DNA of 63,996 bases, the filler included, from Basidiobolus ranarum (lineage: Eukaryota), in the NCBI GenBank assembly GCA_040143965.1. It is 6 parts of 6 records of this genome, joined end to end, with 100 filler letters (N's around TTAATTAATTAA, not from the genome) between each part and the next. Parts side by side here need not be neighbours in the genome. Positions count along the whole stretch, not along the records: positions 32,827 to 43,647 come from JASJQH010007539.1; positions 43,748 to 54,566 come from JASJQH010007540.1; 4 more parts are not named here. One strand, written 5' to 3'. The notes beneath the pieces were generated by a model that was given only the letters and a program-made list of their open reading frames with translations, did no database searches and had not been told where the DNA came from. Of this stretch, positions 38,201 to 52,980 are shown in pieces (position 1 is the first letter of the stretch; every line of letters begins with the position of its first letter). Both the position numbers and the translations under genes were made by a program.

Positions 38201-39618
38201 TGGTTGTTCACCTTGATCCTTCTTTAAAATATTGACTCTTACACCTACACCTACATCAATAGCAATCTAGCCTTGACTTCTGCTGCGCGCAAGTACAATT
38301 ACACAAGACCTTATGTAACTCAAGAAAATGTTATAAAAATCAAGAAAGGGAGGTATAGTAACTACTCTATGTTTCTAAATAGCGTTCATAGAGCATTAAG
38401 CTCCGATAATTAGACATCCTCTACAAGAGCTTGCAACTGATGTGTTTGTAACTAATGATACTTGGATTGATGGAGAGAAAAGAATCACCATACTTAGTGG
38501 ATCTAACAATTCAGGGAAAAGTGTATATCTGAAACAGGTAACGTTTTGAAGTTATGATTGTATTATCACCAAGATTAATCATAAAATTGATAGATTGCGA
38601 TGATCACATATATGGCTCACATTGGATGGTTATAACTGCTTATTCATTGTTGTTGAAGAGTATATTCTAAATATATCGAAATTTGTTAAAGCTTCGTCCC
38701 TGCCGAAGCCGCAGTAATTGGGTTAACAGATAAAATATTCACTCGAGTGCAGACCAAAGAAACAGTATCGAAGGTTCCATATATGTTCCACAACTTTTAA
38801 GCTTCGACTGGAACTAATCAACTCATATACAGGTTCAAAGCGCATTCATGTACGATCTTCAACAGGTAGCCCTTGCAACACAGTACTCGACTAGTCGTTC
38901 CTTGCTTTTGTTTGATGAATTTGGGAAAGGGACTGTACGATCAGGTATATTTTCTAGCATTTGAGCACTGTGTTGTATAAATACTTGACTCAGCTCAAAT
39001 ATAGATGGTATAGGATTGTTTTGTAGTCTGATTAACCACCTTGCCAACAGAAGGGAGAACTGCCCCAAAGTCATAGCAGCCACCCATTTCCTAGGTTAGT
39101 AATACTATTTTATGTAGGATGGCATTTGTTTAACCGGGTAGTGATTAGAAATTCTCCAGTATAATTGGATTGAGCCATGTACTATGATTAATTGGTCGAT
39201 GACAAAGGTTCTCGAGCAGCCTAATAAGGAGATAACTTTTCTATTCACGTATAGAGTTTCCATTTCTATAAATATGAGACATCTACTCTAATAGATTATC
39301 ATTAGCATCGTGCCTGGGAAATCAATCTCCTCATGGGGATGTCATAGTGCACGGTTGGCTGGTATTCCGAACGAGATAGTTGATCGTGGTAAGAATCAAT
39401 TTCTGATTTTTCAATTAATTGAGTAAAGCATAAATGGGAATTTAGCTCAACAGGTGGCCGAATGCTTTAGTCAATTCAAATACCCAGATACATTAGAAGT
39501 GGTTCGCCCATCCAATTCAGATTGCGAACTAATCTGTAATAGCTTTATGAAACTCAACTGTCAAGATAGGGAACAATTGCAAGCATTCTTGGATTGGCTT
39601 GATACATTTCACCCGTAA
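35279..39618 (+). CDS. MSH5: Meiotic MutS homologue MSH5 (very many short exons; absent from the ORF track)
   Basis: Spliced motifs SLQIFEEEAHPNMH, LLRLWLLRPSRDLEVINERL, VVYFPQLGYLI, GRHPLQEL, SGSNNSGKSVYLKQIAMITYMAHIG.FVPA, TKETVSKVQSAFMYDLQQV, DEFGKGT..DGIGLF, CPKVIAATHF, SSWGCHSARLAGIP; start position tentative. Confidence 0.9.
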
Positions 39619-40630
39619 ACTCAGTTGGTCCAGTATAACTTGGTATATTTGTCATTGTCCTTTTGGCGTAAGCGTTACAACATGAGTTGCATAGCTCTAT
39701 GTCCTCTTTGATATTAAATGTTGTTATTGATAAAATGTAGGTTTGAAGATGTAAATATTATATTATGTAGCTGGAAGGTTTCATCTCCAGATTATAGAGA
39801 ATGACATAGGATTGATTAAGCTGGCCTTGAACTATTGATCAACATTATTTAATCGTTGGATAATCCTACATGTATACTTGAAGCTATGAAACAAGTAACG
39901 TAGTGAACTTTTATGAGTTTTATTTTTACATCAAAAGAAAAAACAGCCTATAATCTAGAAATAATGATTTGAATATAGCGGCAATAAGAGGACCGAATCC
40001 ATTGTTTACAGTTCATTAATAAATGAATACAAGCTATTCTAGCGATTCTTGATGATACTATAGCCGTACTAGATCAATACAACGCTAGTAAAATATACTC
40101 CCAGAAATACGATTTTTGACGATTATATTCATTAAACAAGGCTGAATGAGGACTTTCTGGGTTAAGAGTATATCATAACGTTCAACTGAACATTAAATAG
40201 AAGATACGATTCATAGCCCTGATTATTTTCAGTAAAGACCTCAGTTTGAATTCATCGGCAAGCACTGCAATTCAGTCCACCAGTGTTTTTAGACAAACGA
40301 GTGGGAAGTGAAGTAGACATTTGTTTACAAGATCAAATATTCGTCTAGGATGTTAGAACAATTCAGGCTATGGAGGGCGCGGACTCTATCAGATGTAGCT
40401 TCATATAGCACGGGCCACTATGGCTTCTCACAAATTACAATGCAGAACACTTGATGTCAGTTACTTTCAACTACTATATAAGGTTAAGACATTTCAGAGT
40501 ATGAGGCACCTTCAATGTGTAGACTACCATGTGAAAAAAGGTAAATAGACGCTGCTGTCAAGTCAGAAAATTGTACTGAATCATCACAAATTGAGCTCAG
40601 AATGAACGTGGATTTTATTTTACAAACGGT

Positions 40631-42088
40631 TTATATCGGTTGGGATACAAGTTTTTCCTCTTGCAAACATCTGTTACATTGACACACAAAGCCATATATA
40701 GGGCCTAGGTGTTCTCTTCTACTGCGAAGATCCATATTAGCAACCGGGTAGTAAAAGATATTTATCTCATCGCCAGACTTCACAATACCACCAGGATTGT
40801 CTCTAAGCAAAATTTGGACAGTCAAGCCATGAGTTTCAAATTTGGAGTTGGATTCACAGCTATGATTGACCATCGCCGCTAAAGTATACAGACCAATTCC
40901 CGCTTCAACTATTTTTTTAGTAGAAAGGGTAAAGGCATTAGGATCGATGATTAGTTGTAGATGTACAAACCAGGGAAAATCAAAGGAATGCAAAGTGTCT
41001 GATGCATGAAACCTGTCAAGCTCTAGACACTCCACAAGGCCAATATATTCTCGAAGATAATGCAAGATACATCCTTTCCCAGATGTCCCAGACACTGAAC
41101 GATGTATTTTGTCAATGAAGGAGTTGGTAGAAGTAGCCACATCGCCGAGACTAAATAGATAGGGGAGTCCCGAGTAAGATAAAGGTGTTTGATGATATTC
41201 GGAGTTGGGACTAGCCAAGCACTTTGCTGCGAGCTCACCACTAAGTTGTGCATTCAAGGACAATTCATAATGCACATAGCCTTTACGTGAAAAGTTACTA
41301 GTGCAAACAATGTTATGATGGTTTTTCCAAGCTTCATCTCGGCAGGTGGGCCCACAGTAAAATACTCCAGTGCATCCGCTTGCACATGTAACACGCTCTC
41401 TCCCCAAAGTGCTTATACAGTTGCTGCAGTATTTTCTTTTGTAGTTATCCTCTAAAATCCAGACAAGAGGATCTTGGTCAACGTATACTATTTCTCCGGG
41501 GAGCATGGTTTTTGTAGCGATGACACGGTTCCCGCAGCCATCATCTTCGTAATGAATCTTCATTTTTTGGGGCTCTCCCCTGGCTTTGCAGTTTTCTGAT
41601 ATCACCTTTTCATAATGTTCAATATCATTTCTTGATGTTGGACGATCAGTTAATTGAAACTGGAAATTCGGGGCTTTAAAATTGGTGGTTGGTAATCTTG
41701 GCTCTCCGGTAACGAGGTCCTTTATTGAGCTCTCATGGAAAGCTTCCAATTCTTCATCGTTCAGCTCTGGGTGTGAAGCCTGGGCGGAGGTGAGGTTTGG
41801 GATAAAATCTGGGACGAGATATTTCAGGTATTTGTCTGCGGCAGTACAGGATATAGCGTTGGCAATATCAGATGTTTCCCAACCAGTTGCAGTACAGATC
41901 TTGTTCAACAAGTTAAAAGCTCGATAACTCCAATAGCTGTCCCCAGGGGCTAGTTCCAGGCATTTCAGTACGTCGTATACTGCAATTTGTGGACAACTTG
42001 ACAAGTAAAGGTGTCTGGCTTTCTGATAGTGCAATGAGATAGTTGCGTCGGAAAAACTTTCGGCGGAGTTAAACGCACTCTGAGTCAT
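40631..42088 (-). CDS. SET-MYND (SMYD-type) lysine methyltransferase, intronless
   Basis: GNRVIAT..GEIV; MYND CSNC..CASGC..YCGPTCRDEAW..HNIVC; MVNHSCESN; GDEINIFY; post-SET YGFVCQCNRC. Confidence 0.9.
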   Translation of the reverse strand: MTQSAFNSAESFSDATISLHYQKARHLYLSSCPQIAVYDVLKCLELAPGDSYWSYRAFNLLNKICTATGWETSDIANAISCTAADKYLKYLVPDFIPNLTSAQASHPELNDEELEAFHESSIKDLVTGEPRLPTTNFKAPNFQFQLTDRPTSRNDIEHYEKVISENCKARGEPQKMKIHYEDDGCGNRVIATKTMLPGEIVYVDQDPLVWILEDNYKRKYCSNCISTLGRERVTCASGCTGVFYCGPTCRDEAWKNHHNIVCTSNFSRKGYVHYELSLNAQLSGELAAKCLASPNSEYHQTPLSYSGLPYLFSLGDVATSTNSFIDKIHRSVSGTSGKGCILHYLREYIGLVECLELDRFHASDTLHSFDFPWFVHLQLIIDPNAFTLSTKKIVEAGIGLYTLAAMVNHSCESNSKFETHGLTVQILLRDNPGGIVKSGDEINIFYYPVANMDLRSRREHLGPIYGFVCQCNRCLQEEKLVSQPI

Positions 42089-42824
42089 GTCAATTATTAA
42101 TATACTTGATCCGTTGGCAATTTAGAAATTCACTGCAATAGATGAACTGATGAATGATGGATGGATCAGTATTGCCTAGTGAGAGGCTATTTGAATAACT
42201 TTACATGGGTTAATTCTAATTCCTCCCAAAACCACCAAACTCTGATATTCTCACAAGCTGGCACGGAACAGTTCCATGGGTAGGATGATAGACTAGGTTT
42301 AGTAAACTCCTCAGATAATCCGGTGACCAAAGCATGACTTCATCAGGATGTGATACCTGTGTCTGATCTGATTGGTGTTAACAGAGCGATTTATTACCAT
42401 AGTCACTGAAAATATGCAGATTGTGATAGTTGTTGAAACTGACTTTACAAAGCCCAGCATCGGTTAATTTTTTATAGTATGGATGATGGCTAGTGAGGCT
42501 TCATTTATACAAGGGGCTTAAAGGACAGATAATCAAATCTTCTGATGTAACGTTGGATATTGTTTATGATTCGTGTATAAATATTTGGATTATTGAATAC
42601 ATAATTTAATTGCCGGAATTGTATGAGAAACTAAGCATAGCTAATGGCTTTATGGGAACTCTAATAGGTCTGGTGGATAATCTGACTTTATTATATATGC
42701 CTAGATACAAGAGAACTTGGTGTTACCATGGTTTCTTTTAAAACTTCAGTCTGGCCCGTAATATTATTTGTTTAAGGCTCTTTCCTATTGTTTGTTCTAT
42801 TGTCAGCTTTCAAAGGAATACATC

Positions 42825-43647
42825 ATGTTCGCCGCCCGCAGTTTAGTTGGAAAGGCTCTCAAGCCTCAATACAAAGTATGTACTCTTTAGAATATGTTTC
42901 TTGGCAAGTTACTGATATTTCTTCCCTCACCAATAATAGCGTTTCTCTACCTTCGGCTCTTTAGCCAAGCAATTGTCAGGTCTCGAGAATTCTCGCATGT
43001 ATCAGTTTCAGAAGTCCCTACCCAAACTTCCTGTTCCTGCTCTTGCTGATACCTGCTCAAAATATCTTCGTAGTGTCCGTCCATTATTGGACGATGCTAA
43101 CTATGCTAAGACAGAAGCCGCTGTAGAGGAATTCCAAAAATCTGGAGTCGGTGCCGAACTTCAACGTCGGTTAGAAGCTAAAGCTGCTGACCCAAAGTGC
43201 GTAAATTGGTTAGAGGATTGGTGGAACGACCTTGCTTACATGGGTTATAGAGACCCTCTTGTGCCTTATGTCAGTTATTTCTTCACATATAAGGATGATC
43301 CTCGTAGAAAGAACCAAGTTAAGAGAGCTGCTAGTATTTTATCCGCTGCTATGGAGTTCAGACAACAGTCTATTACCGGGGAACTCGAGCCTGAAAGAAC
43401 CAAAGCCTACCCATTCTGTATGTATTCTTACAAGTTCATGTTCAATGCATGCAGAATACCTAAAAAGCCTTGCGACTACGAGGTGACCTTTGACCCTCAT
43501 GCCAACACACATATTGCTGTTGTAAGAAAGAACAAGTTCTACACCCTCGATATGTTCCCCATTGGTCAGCAACTATCGGCCGCTGAGATTGCACCCCAAT
43601 TGGAGCGGTTTATTGCGGATGGTGGTAAGGAAAAAGGCCCTGCTCGC
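42825..43647 (+). CDS. CAT2: Carnitine O-acetyltransferase, 5' part (cut by contig end)
   Basis: Presequence exon 42825-42875, exon 2 from 42940: FQKSLPKLPVPAL..TCSKYL, NWLEDWWNDLAYMGYRDP, MFNACRIP. Confidence 0.92.
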
Positions 43648-43747
43648 NNNNNNNNNNNNNNNNNNNNNNNNNNNNNNNNNNNNNNNNNNNNTTAATTAAT
43701 TAANNNNNNNNNNNNNNNNNNNNNNNNNNNNNNNNNNNNNNNNNNNN

Positions 43748-43962
43748 ACGCATCTCAAGGTAGTCAAGCACTGTCCAACTCGAATCAATTCGATCAAGCT
43801 CGGTTGGGCGACCAGACTATATACCAACCAGCTCAGCCACCTCAACCCCAGATCATCATTCCCCAGTGGCCAATGCACCGTCCCAGAAGAACCTACAAAA
43901 AATATAAGAAATTTGCACACCGTTCCTTCAAGATCAGATATTTTAGTGGGAATAGACACTAG
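43748..43962 (+). CDS. Cationic-tail secreted protein family, copy C (3' part; 5' lost at contig end)
   Basis: Open frame ASQGSQALSNSNQFDQARLGDQTIYQPAQPPQPQIIIPQWPMHRPRRTYKKYKKFAHRSFKIRYFSGNRH*; paralogous to 52981-53535 and 54169-54566. Confidence 0.85.
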
Positions 43963-44140
43963 TGTATCCTTGCTGTATACTGACGATCCAGAAACCAGTG
44001 TTGTGTTCTGTGTGCTATTTGCTGCCCAGGTAGCTGAATATTACCAATAAACTGTATACTCAATCTTATGAATTACTAATATTTACGCTTGATCTAGAAC
44101 ACCAAGATTTGATAGGACATTCTTGGCGGTTATTTATTGT

Positions 44141-45726
44141 TCAGTAGTTCTCAACTTTTAAATCATTAATACCGAACTCTTCATTTTGTTCGTAACTTCT
44201 CACATACTCTGTTACTGTTAGATTGAGGTCGTCTCCAGTAGAATTCAATGATTGCACGAAGGTATTACCCAAGGGGTCATCTAAGATCAGTGTTAGTTCA
44301 TGACCAAGCTCAATAGCCATACCCTGGAATCAAAAAGTCAGTTGGCTATGAATACGAAAGTTGATATTCGTGCTTAACAAACCTTCTCAAGGCTTTCGAC
44401 GAAGCGAGCGAATTTCTCCTTCTTTTCTGATGAGACAGAGTCTCCAATGAGAAAGGGTGTGTGTGATTTGAAGTCGAGTAAAAGTCCCTCGATTGTAGTG
44501 TATTTGCCAGGAGATAGGATAGATTCGAATTGCAGCTCGGGTATCCTTATTTTACAAGAGTCAGATTTGATCACTTCCCGTGATAAATCGCTGCTATTTT
44601 TGACGCTTAATGTTATTAATTTTCCATGAGCTGCAATCGAACCACTCGGCTTTACTTCATTATTTTTATATCCACAACGCTCACACACTGTACTCATAAC
44701 TATAATCTCTTGGAAGTTTGGTATTTTCAAAATGCACATCCGGGTCTCACTTGGCACTCCACAGGAGTAGCAAGGCTCCTTGAACACACCAATTTCACTT
44801 GGTGCGGAAGAACCTATATCTGACGAGCACTCATTTGGCTTCTCTATTGGAATCTTATTATCGAACAATCCAAGACATTCATTCTGCTGCTTAGATCTTG
44901 TGTAAAATCTGACTTTGAGCTTTGGATCGAGGCTTGGTGGGCTCAGACTCTCAATAAAACTGTTTCCAGATACATCATCTATGGAAATGGTCAAAGGGTC
45001 ATAGCAACTCAAGTGCTGTTTCATTTTGGAGATTAGGTCTTCCAATTTGGCATATACTTCTGGATTCATTACCTAACAAACCGATCAGCACTATATACAA
45101 GTCGAATTTACAACGATCCAGCGAACAACTCAATACCTTACGAACTGGTTGCTCCATTGAGAGGTCTTCCATGATCCTTTGCATCAAACCTTCTAGAGTA
45201 GTTAGAACACCTTTTTTGGAGGTGTTGGGTAATTCCAAGTCTAATTCGTGTAAACGTATGGAAGCATACTCAGATCTTACAATTTGACGTGCATAATCCT
45301 AAAAGTTAACAACTTGTAGGTTAACAAACGTTTAATGAACCTAACTTTGTTATGGAAAAGAGTCAGGTTACCTCCTTTGAATTGAGAGTGCACGTATACT
45401 CTGCACCTTTCTCTTCAATTGCACCACCGTATTGAACTTGAGTATTCGCATCTTGGCAAAATGAACACTGAAAACTCATGATAATCACTTCTTTGAAATG
45501 TGGGATCTTGGTTAACATAATTCGAGTTTTCCCCTAAAGTAATATACAGTTTGAACCAGTTGTAATAATTGACAAGATATATAGCGAGAATATTTGTCTA
45601 TATGGTGTATGGATTTCTTTAAACATAAGAATAGAGGTTTTTTACATTTTGTTCACAACTCATACACAAACTCTCGACTTCTAATATAGGCGTATCTGCC
45701 TTTATATCGGAGAAAGTGATCTCCAT
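44141..45726 (-). CDS. ZPR1: Zinc finger chaperone ZPR1
   Basis: EVESLCMSC..GKTRIMLTKIPHFKEVIIMSFQCSFC; second finger CYSC..IPNFQEIIVMSTVCERCGYKNNEVK; DDPLGNTFVQ; multi-exon. Confidence 0.93.
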
Positions 45727-46024
45727 AAGAAACGTTACTTGAAATACTGTATTTTTGGTCTTTGGGTTGTTTGGAATACTTTATCAAGTATAAAGAGAAT
45801 TGAAGTAACTAAAGAAATGGAAAAAAATTGCCTTTTTGGAGTAAATTTAGGTGGTTAGATTTACTTCTATTTAATATTCTATCTAAGCTATTTCTAGTCG
45901 AATGATTTTGGTAGTACTGAATAGATGCCATCACCCATACCATCGATATAATTGGTCTATCTTTGAATCCTCTGAGAGTATATTAAGGAGAGGAGTGTCG
46001 ATTGCAACGAAGCCTTCGCTTACC

Positions 46025-46321
46025 ATGACCCTCTACCTCGAACACGTCCTTTTCCTAACCCTCCAACCCATGAGTGAGGAAGCTTGGGAAGACCTTCACC
46101 AGACCTTTATGGCCATGAAAAAGGAGGTTCCCGGTATCGTTGACCTCTCGTTAGGAAAGAACATATCTCCTGAACGCGCTCAAGGCTGCACTCACGCCTT
46201 GAGAGTTCTCTTCGAAGATAAAGAGTCTTTGAACATTTATGCCGACCACCCCGCCCACGTCCTCTTCAAGAGCAAGCTTCAACATCAATCACCTCCTATC
46301 TGTCTTGATTGGTATATTTAA
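46025..46321 (+). CDS. Stress-responsive A/B barrel (Dabb) protein
   Basis: MTLYLEHVLFL...VPGIVDLSLGKNISPERAQGCTHALRVLFEDKESLNIYADHPAHV; intronless; ATG at 46025 more likely than 45902. Confidence 0.85.
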   Translation: MTLYLEHVLFLTLQPMSEEAWEDLHQTFMAMKKEVPGIVDLSLGKNISPERAQGCTHALRVLFEDKESLNIYADHPAHVLFKSKLQHQSPPICLDWYI

Positions 46322-46434
46322 ACAATGCAGCACTCATAATCTGTCACCAATAAACCCCCATTCCGTATTATATATAATGATATTCAAGCTTAAATTAAGT
46401 CACAACTTTATGGATTAGCTTTTAAATACATGCA

Positions 46435-47369
46435 TTAGATCTCGGTTGTAGCAACCAATCTTCGAAGGGCTACTAAGACCTGTGAGAAATCTTCGAATGG
46501 TATGTATTTCACACCTTCCTTGATGCACCAAGCCTCTAAATCGCATCCTTTCTTAGCAAATAATATATCTGCCTCACGTGCAGCCGAGATATCCGACAGC
46601 CCATCTCCCAAAAACACCAGTGTTGGTTTAGTCTCTAGAGTCTCCTTCACTCGTCGCATAGTAAGTGATTTGTCATGACCAAAGTCGCTGTAAACCATTC
46701 TTGTCAACCATTGGAGGGAATAAAATGGAAGGATTGTTGAAATTTACCTGTCATCATGGTACACAGGTATCCAATGATTATCCACAATTTTCACTCCGTT
46801 AGCTTCGACTTGAATCTTGTTAGATAATTCGACTCCAAGGAAGGTGATTAAAAAATTTCGAATTAATGGAGCAATCCCACTAATCATAGGAGAATTGTCA
46901 GAGTGAATTATTTCCTGAGTTCTCATGGAATACTTACCAACTAACCACAGTTAGGGGTATATTCTCGGAATCACAATACTCAACAAAGCCCTTAAAATGT
47001 GGATCAGCGCGAGTAATCTCTATCAAAGTAGGTCCTTTAGTTAGTACCATTCTGACTTTCAATACCAAAGTGAAGAGATACCCTTTAAGAAACTCGAAGC
47101 TTCTTCCCAAGAAACATTGATGCCTTCAAATTGACGAATCATACCATCTCTAGAATGAATGCTCGAGTTAAGCTCATGAAAAAGGTGAGGGGTGAAAAGG
47201 AACGGGATAGTTACCTGAAATTTATGGTTCCTTGTTTGATGGCTTCATCGACCTTCTCTCTAACTTCAGCACCCATACATTTGTTGATTAAGAGAGTTAA
47301 AGAGTCCTCCCTAGTAATGGTACCATCAAAATCCGAAAATATAAATAAATTGTTCAATGTAGTAGACAT
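46435..47369 (-). CDS. HAD-superfamily phosphatase, yeast YNL010W/Pyp1- or MtnX-like
   Basis: FSDFDGTITREDS, DPHFKGF..IPLTVVS.GIAPLI, FGHDKS, FLGDGLSDISAAREADILFAK; several introns. Confidence 0.88.
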
Positions 47370-47717
47370 GGTATCAATATCAGGACACACAAAAGAAGTC
47401 AACCCACTGAATTCTATAACAACTGGGTTTTAATGTAAACAAATCCATGTCTTGACTTATTACTAATCGAGAGCAACAGTGGATTCTTAAAATAGATCAA
47501 TTTATTTCGAGATGGGGCTTGATTTAACCGTTTTGGATATGTTGGTGGATATGTTGGTAATTCTAGATGGTTAGGGTACATGCACTACGGTTCCATTAGA
47601 AGAAAATCAAATTCATTCAATATCTGAATAATACACGTTGATATGGGTTATTTTTGCTCTACAAATGCAAATCTAAGCGAAGTATTTAATACAAAACAGT
47701 GACGGTAATCAAAAAAA

Positions 47718-49018
<1,301 letters not shown>

Positions 49019-49452
49019 TGTATAGCGGTAGTAAGTTCAATAGAAACCTATGAATTTGTTGAGATTCCAAGCTCGGTCAAGTTATACCCAAATATTCAGG
49101 ATAAACTTATCGATGAACCCGAGTCAATAATAATAATAAGAAGCCACACAGAGAAATCATGGAAGCCACGGCCATGCAAATATGGACACAACTGTGTTAG
49201 GTAATTTTACTTTGTATAAACTATAACATAATCGATCGATAATCTGTCGAAATGTGGGTATTTTAATGGACAGAAGATATCCATGGAAATATTTCAATGT
49301 ACAGATTAAATCCAACGAACCGATAGAATGAGCTCGATGTGCATATCTGGCAAAATATAACAAATAGAGAGAATCGTGGAGATAAATAAAACTAATCCAG
49401 TTTAAGAATGATAAGTGATGGCTGGGCAACTGGGCAGTTTTCAACACATATG

Positions 49453-52400
49453 TCAAGCGTAATCATCTAAAATGTGTATATTTCGACGATCTACGTCTTT
49501 GGATTTCAAAGGATCGTCCGAGTCATTGCCCACCGACTTTCCTATCAGTTTTTTAGTACGAATGGGTGGCCTTCTCTCGGTTCCAAGGTCCAAGGACTGG
49601 CTCATTCTCATGGGAGTGACTTCCCGTAAATTGTCAGTCGACCCTGATGGCGTAAAGGTTATTGATGCTCGGCCATCCCATACATTGGTAGGTTCTTCTC
49701 CCCCGTTAAATATCCAATTATAGTTTGGATTATTACTAGAGCGGTTAGAAGCGAAAGGTGACTGTCCATCTTCGGCCAAAATACTCTCCAAAGATGATAA
49801 AACGTCCGCTTTTGGAGATACGTGCTTAGATGGTAAAAGTGTGACTTTGCTTTCGGCTTGAGTCTCCACTGCTGATTCGGAGGTTGCGGTATCTTGCTTC
49901 ACGCTCTCTCCATCGTTCTCTATGTTGGACTCTGATTGCCACGAAGATATTTCAAGTTGAGGGGATGTGGCACCAAGCACTTCATAAAACTGGGATTCAG
50001 CGGTACTGGGAGGGGCGGGAGATGCCTCGATTTGTTCTTCAATATCACTCTCTTCTAATTTGGGACTGGTTTCGCGTTGGACAGTAATACCGAGGGTAGA
50101 GGTGGCATTGAGTGATTGCTCATCAGAATCACTGTGATGTTCCACCAGCTCCCAATGATCATCACCATCTTGGTACCATTGCTGGTCAAGAATGTTGGGA
50201 TTCAAATCCACCGTTGTCTTATTCAATACATCTCTGATGTGCTTTAAACCAATCAGAGCAGTCACTATGTCCATTTCATTTTTGATTATATCGGGGCTTT
50301 TGGACGGAGTGGTGATTTGACCACTGAGGAATTGATCAGGTTGTGTTCCACTTTGAATTAGAGACTTGGCATATATCCCGTTTTCAAGTAAGCTTACGCA
50401 TTTATCCATCAGAGAACCAATCTCGAGGAATGCTGGGGAGTCGAGGGATTTGGACGCAGGCACGGATTTGTTGTTGCTAAATGATGGCTCATGGATGGTG
50501 GTGGGTGAGACAGGCGGATTCTGTGGTATGGCGTGTTCATAGATACTCTGAAAATCCGGCTGACTTGAGATAGTATCATGGGGGCTCGGTTGGTTATAGG
50601 ATAATGTACGTTTCAAGTAAGTTTGAAGAGGATTCACGGTTTTTTTGATATCAAGCATCGCTTTGTTTAGTTGAGCAATGGCTTCATCTCGTTTTCTCGA
50701 TGGTCGTGCCTTGGCTATTTGGTGTTTTGATACAGGTAAAGTTCCACTAGCGTCTGAAAGGGCCCTCCGTGGCCTTATGCTACTAGGCCTATTAACTTCC
50801 TCGATGTAGTTATTGTACAGGGTAGGTGCTTGACGACCAGCACTTTTAGCATTCTGAAGAATGATATTTGAACCTCCTTCAAATCCCAGATGGTCACGAA
50901 GTTGTAAAGCTTGCTTAACAAACTGGGTCGGATCAGGTACTGACGGAAACTTCATAATTCGGTGAAGACACATTGCGTAGTCAGCAGCAAGTACTAGAAT
51001 AAAAAAAGCAGTTACAGTTAGTCTGGGCATTGTAGTTGTCCAAGTGCAATGATTAGTACTAACAGTCTTCACGGATATACAGGAGCATGGCAATGCACAC
51101 GTAGTCCACTAGATTCAAGTCAGAGTTATCAGCGAATATACCATCCCATAGGCATAGGAGCTCCTTCAAAGGAAATTCGCGGCCAAAAAGAAGACGCAAC
51201 CACCGGCTAAGAAAAGAATATTTAATCAGTGAAATTCTTGTTGGCGGAAAAAAGAGAGTAGTCATCATTGCACTCACATTCCGTAGAGCTGAGGTTCAAT
51301 CTCTAAAGATTCCAAGTAGGCATAAAGTTGAGGATCATATGTCTTGAGCAATTCATGATGTATACGGTTGCATTTTACAACGATTGGTGTTTGGTTGGGA
51401 GGCTTGCAGTGACTCGTTAGTAAGCATCTATTGTAAGTTATGTATTCATGTGCATTATTACCATTGATGCCGGCGATTGATTCCCTAGAAGATTAGACGA
51501 GTCTAAATTCTAAGAACATATAGGTTAGACCAGGGATCGATGGATGAATTCCTAGTTTTTCTCTACCTTCCCCATACTTTTGAGGGCCTGAAGTGTCCTC
51601 TGATTCGATAATTCATCATTAAATTCGTACCACTCCTTTGCGGACTTCATCAGATTAGAGAATAGCGAGAAAGCATCATGTTCCACGTAGTCTGGATTAA
51701 GAACTACTTTCATCAGTTCTAGCGGTATATCACTTCATAGAGATAAGTTATGCATTAGTTGAAACATTGAATGCCAAAGATGTGGTGTCAATCCACCTAC
51801 TCTTCTTTTTCTGTGGGAATCGAAGAGAAATCTAGACACTCATCATCTACTACTTGAAGGATAGGCGCCAGTAACTCATGCATTCCTTGACGGTATGAAA
51901 CATCTTCATGAAGTTTACAATAAATAAATAACATGTTAATCAAACGCGTTTGGACGGTAGAAGCTCGAAAATATTCGCTATCAGGGAAACTTTTACGTGA
52001 GCTACGTTAGTATTGCTTCAATAGATTCGTAAATAAACAGAAGAATAGCAACATACGTGCGTTCAACATCTTGCTTAATGATCTTCCGAAGTTCACCATC
52101 TTTGAAGTACTGTATCCAGGGGCTCTAAAGAGTAGAACCTTTAAGTTTACTTCTTGAATAGTCGATGTTCTTCTTCAAAACAATTTACCTCCTGATCTAA
52201 AGATAGAGGGTTGTTGATAGCCAAGTTTTGCGCTTTTTGGGCAGTTTCTTCTGCATTAGGATCAAAGACAAACCTCTTTTTTAGGTCCTCATAATATTGA
52301 CGTTGTTGTTGAAGAGCTAAAGACCAAGAAGAAGTGTCCAGAGAAGGTAAACAATCCAAGTATACCTAAGAAAGTGTCCAGAACTTGTCTAGTATGGTTT

Positions 52401-52631
52401 CTTTGGGGGTTAATGGAGGGCGATATAAAAATACCTTCCAGCACAGAGATCTCAAACCCTCTTTACACGAAGTACCGAATATACCACGGTCTTTGAAAGT
52501 CTGGAGTGAAACGGTTGATGATTCTAAGGTTCCTCTCCATCTTATACTGTTTATTTACGAGGAGTAATCAATAATTATTCTAGCTTAATGAATATAGAAG
52601 ACAGTTACCCAAGAGAATTATACGTCTTCAT
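49453..52631 (-). CDS. TBC-domain Rab GAP, TBC1D5/Gyp6-like
   Basis: GLRSLCWK, NNPLS, IKQDVERTFP, YRQGMHELLAP, YVEHDAFSLF, IEPQLYGIRWLRLLFGREF, LLYIREDLLAADYAMCL; long low-complexity C-terminus. Confidence 0.92.
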
Positions 52632-52980
52632 AGTTCCTGAGCTAAGATTGATATATACATAAAGTGACACTAGCTGGCCTATAATCGGTACAAAAGGGGC
52701 AAAGCAAAAGCATGTCACAATTGAAAGTCCATACGTTTTTACATTTATCTATATATATTCGACATCTCAGTATTAAGAATAGGATCAGCATCATGGTGTG
52801 TATGTATGGTATATAATGCGATATTTCTTTTACAAATTAGTGATAATATAGTAGATAGTAATACCAATTAATAAATTGCTCCAACGTAAAGTTTATTGTA
52901 AATATTTAGCAGATAAGGAGCTGGATATTTTACAAGTAAACAAATTGATCATTGCAGCGCAGAGTTGTCAATTCATAGTT

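Noticed and set aside
49453-51093. 546-aa standalone ORF with an apparent signal peptide
   Set aside because: It is the last exon of the TBC1D5-like gene; the hydrophobic start is translated intron
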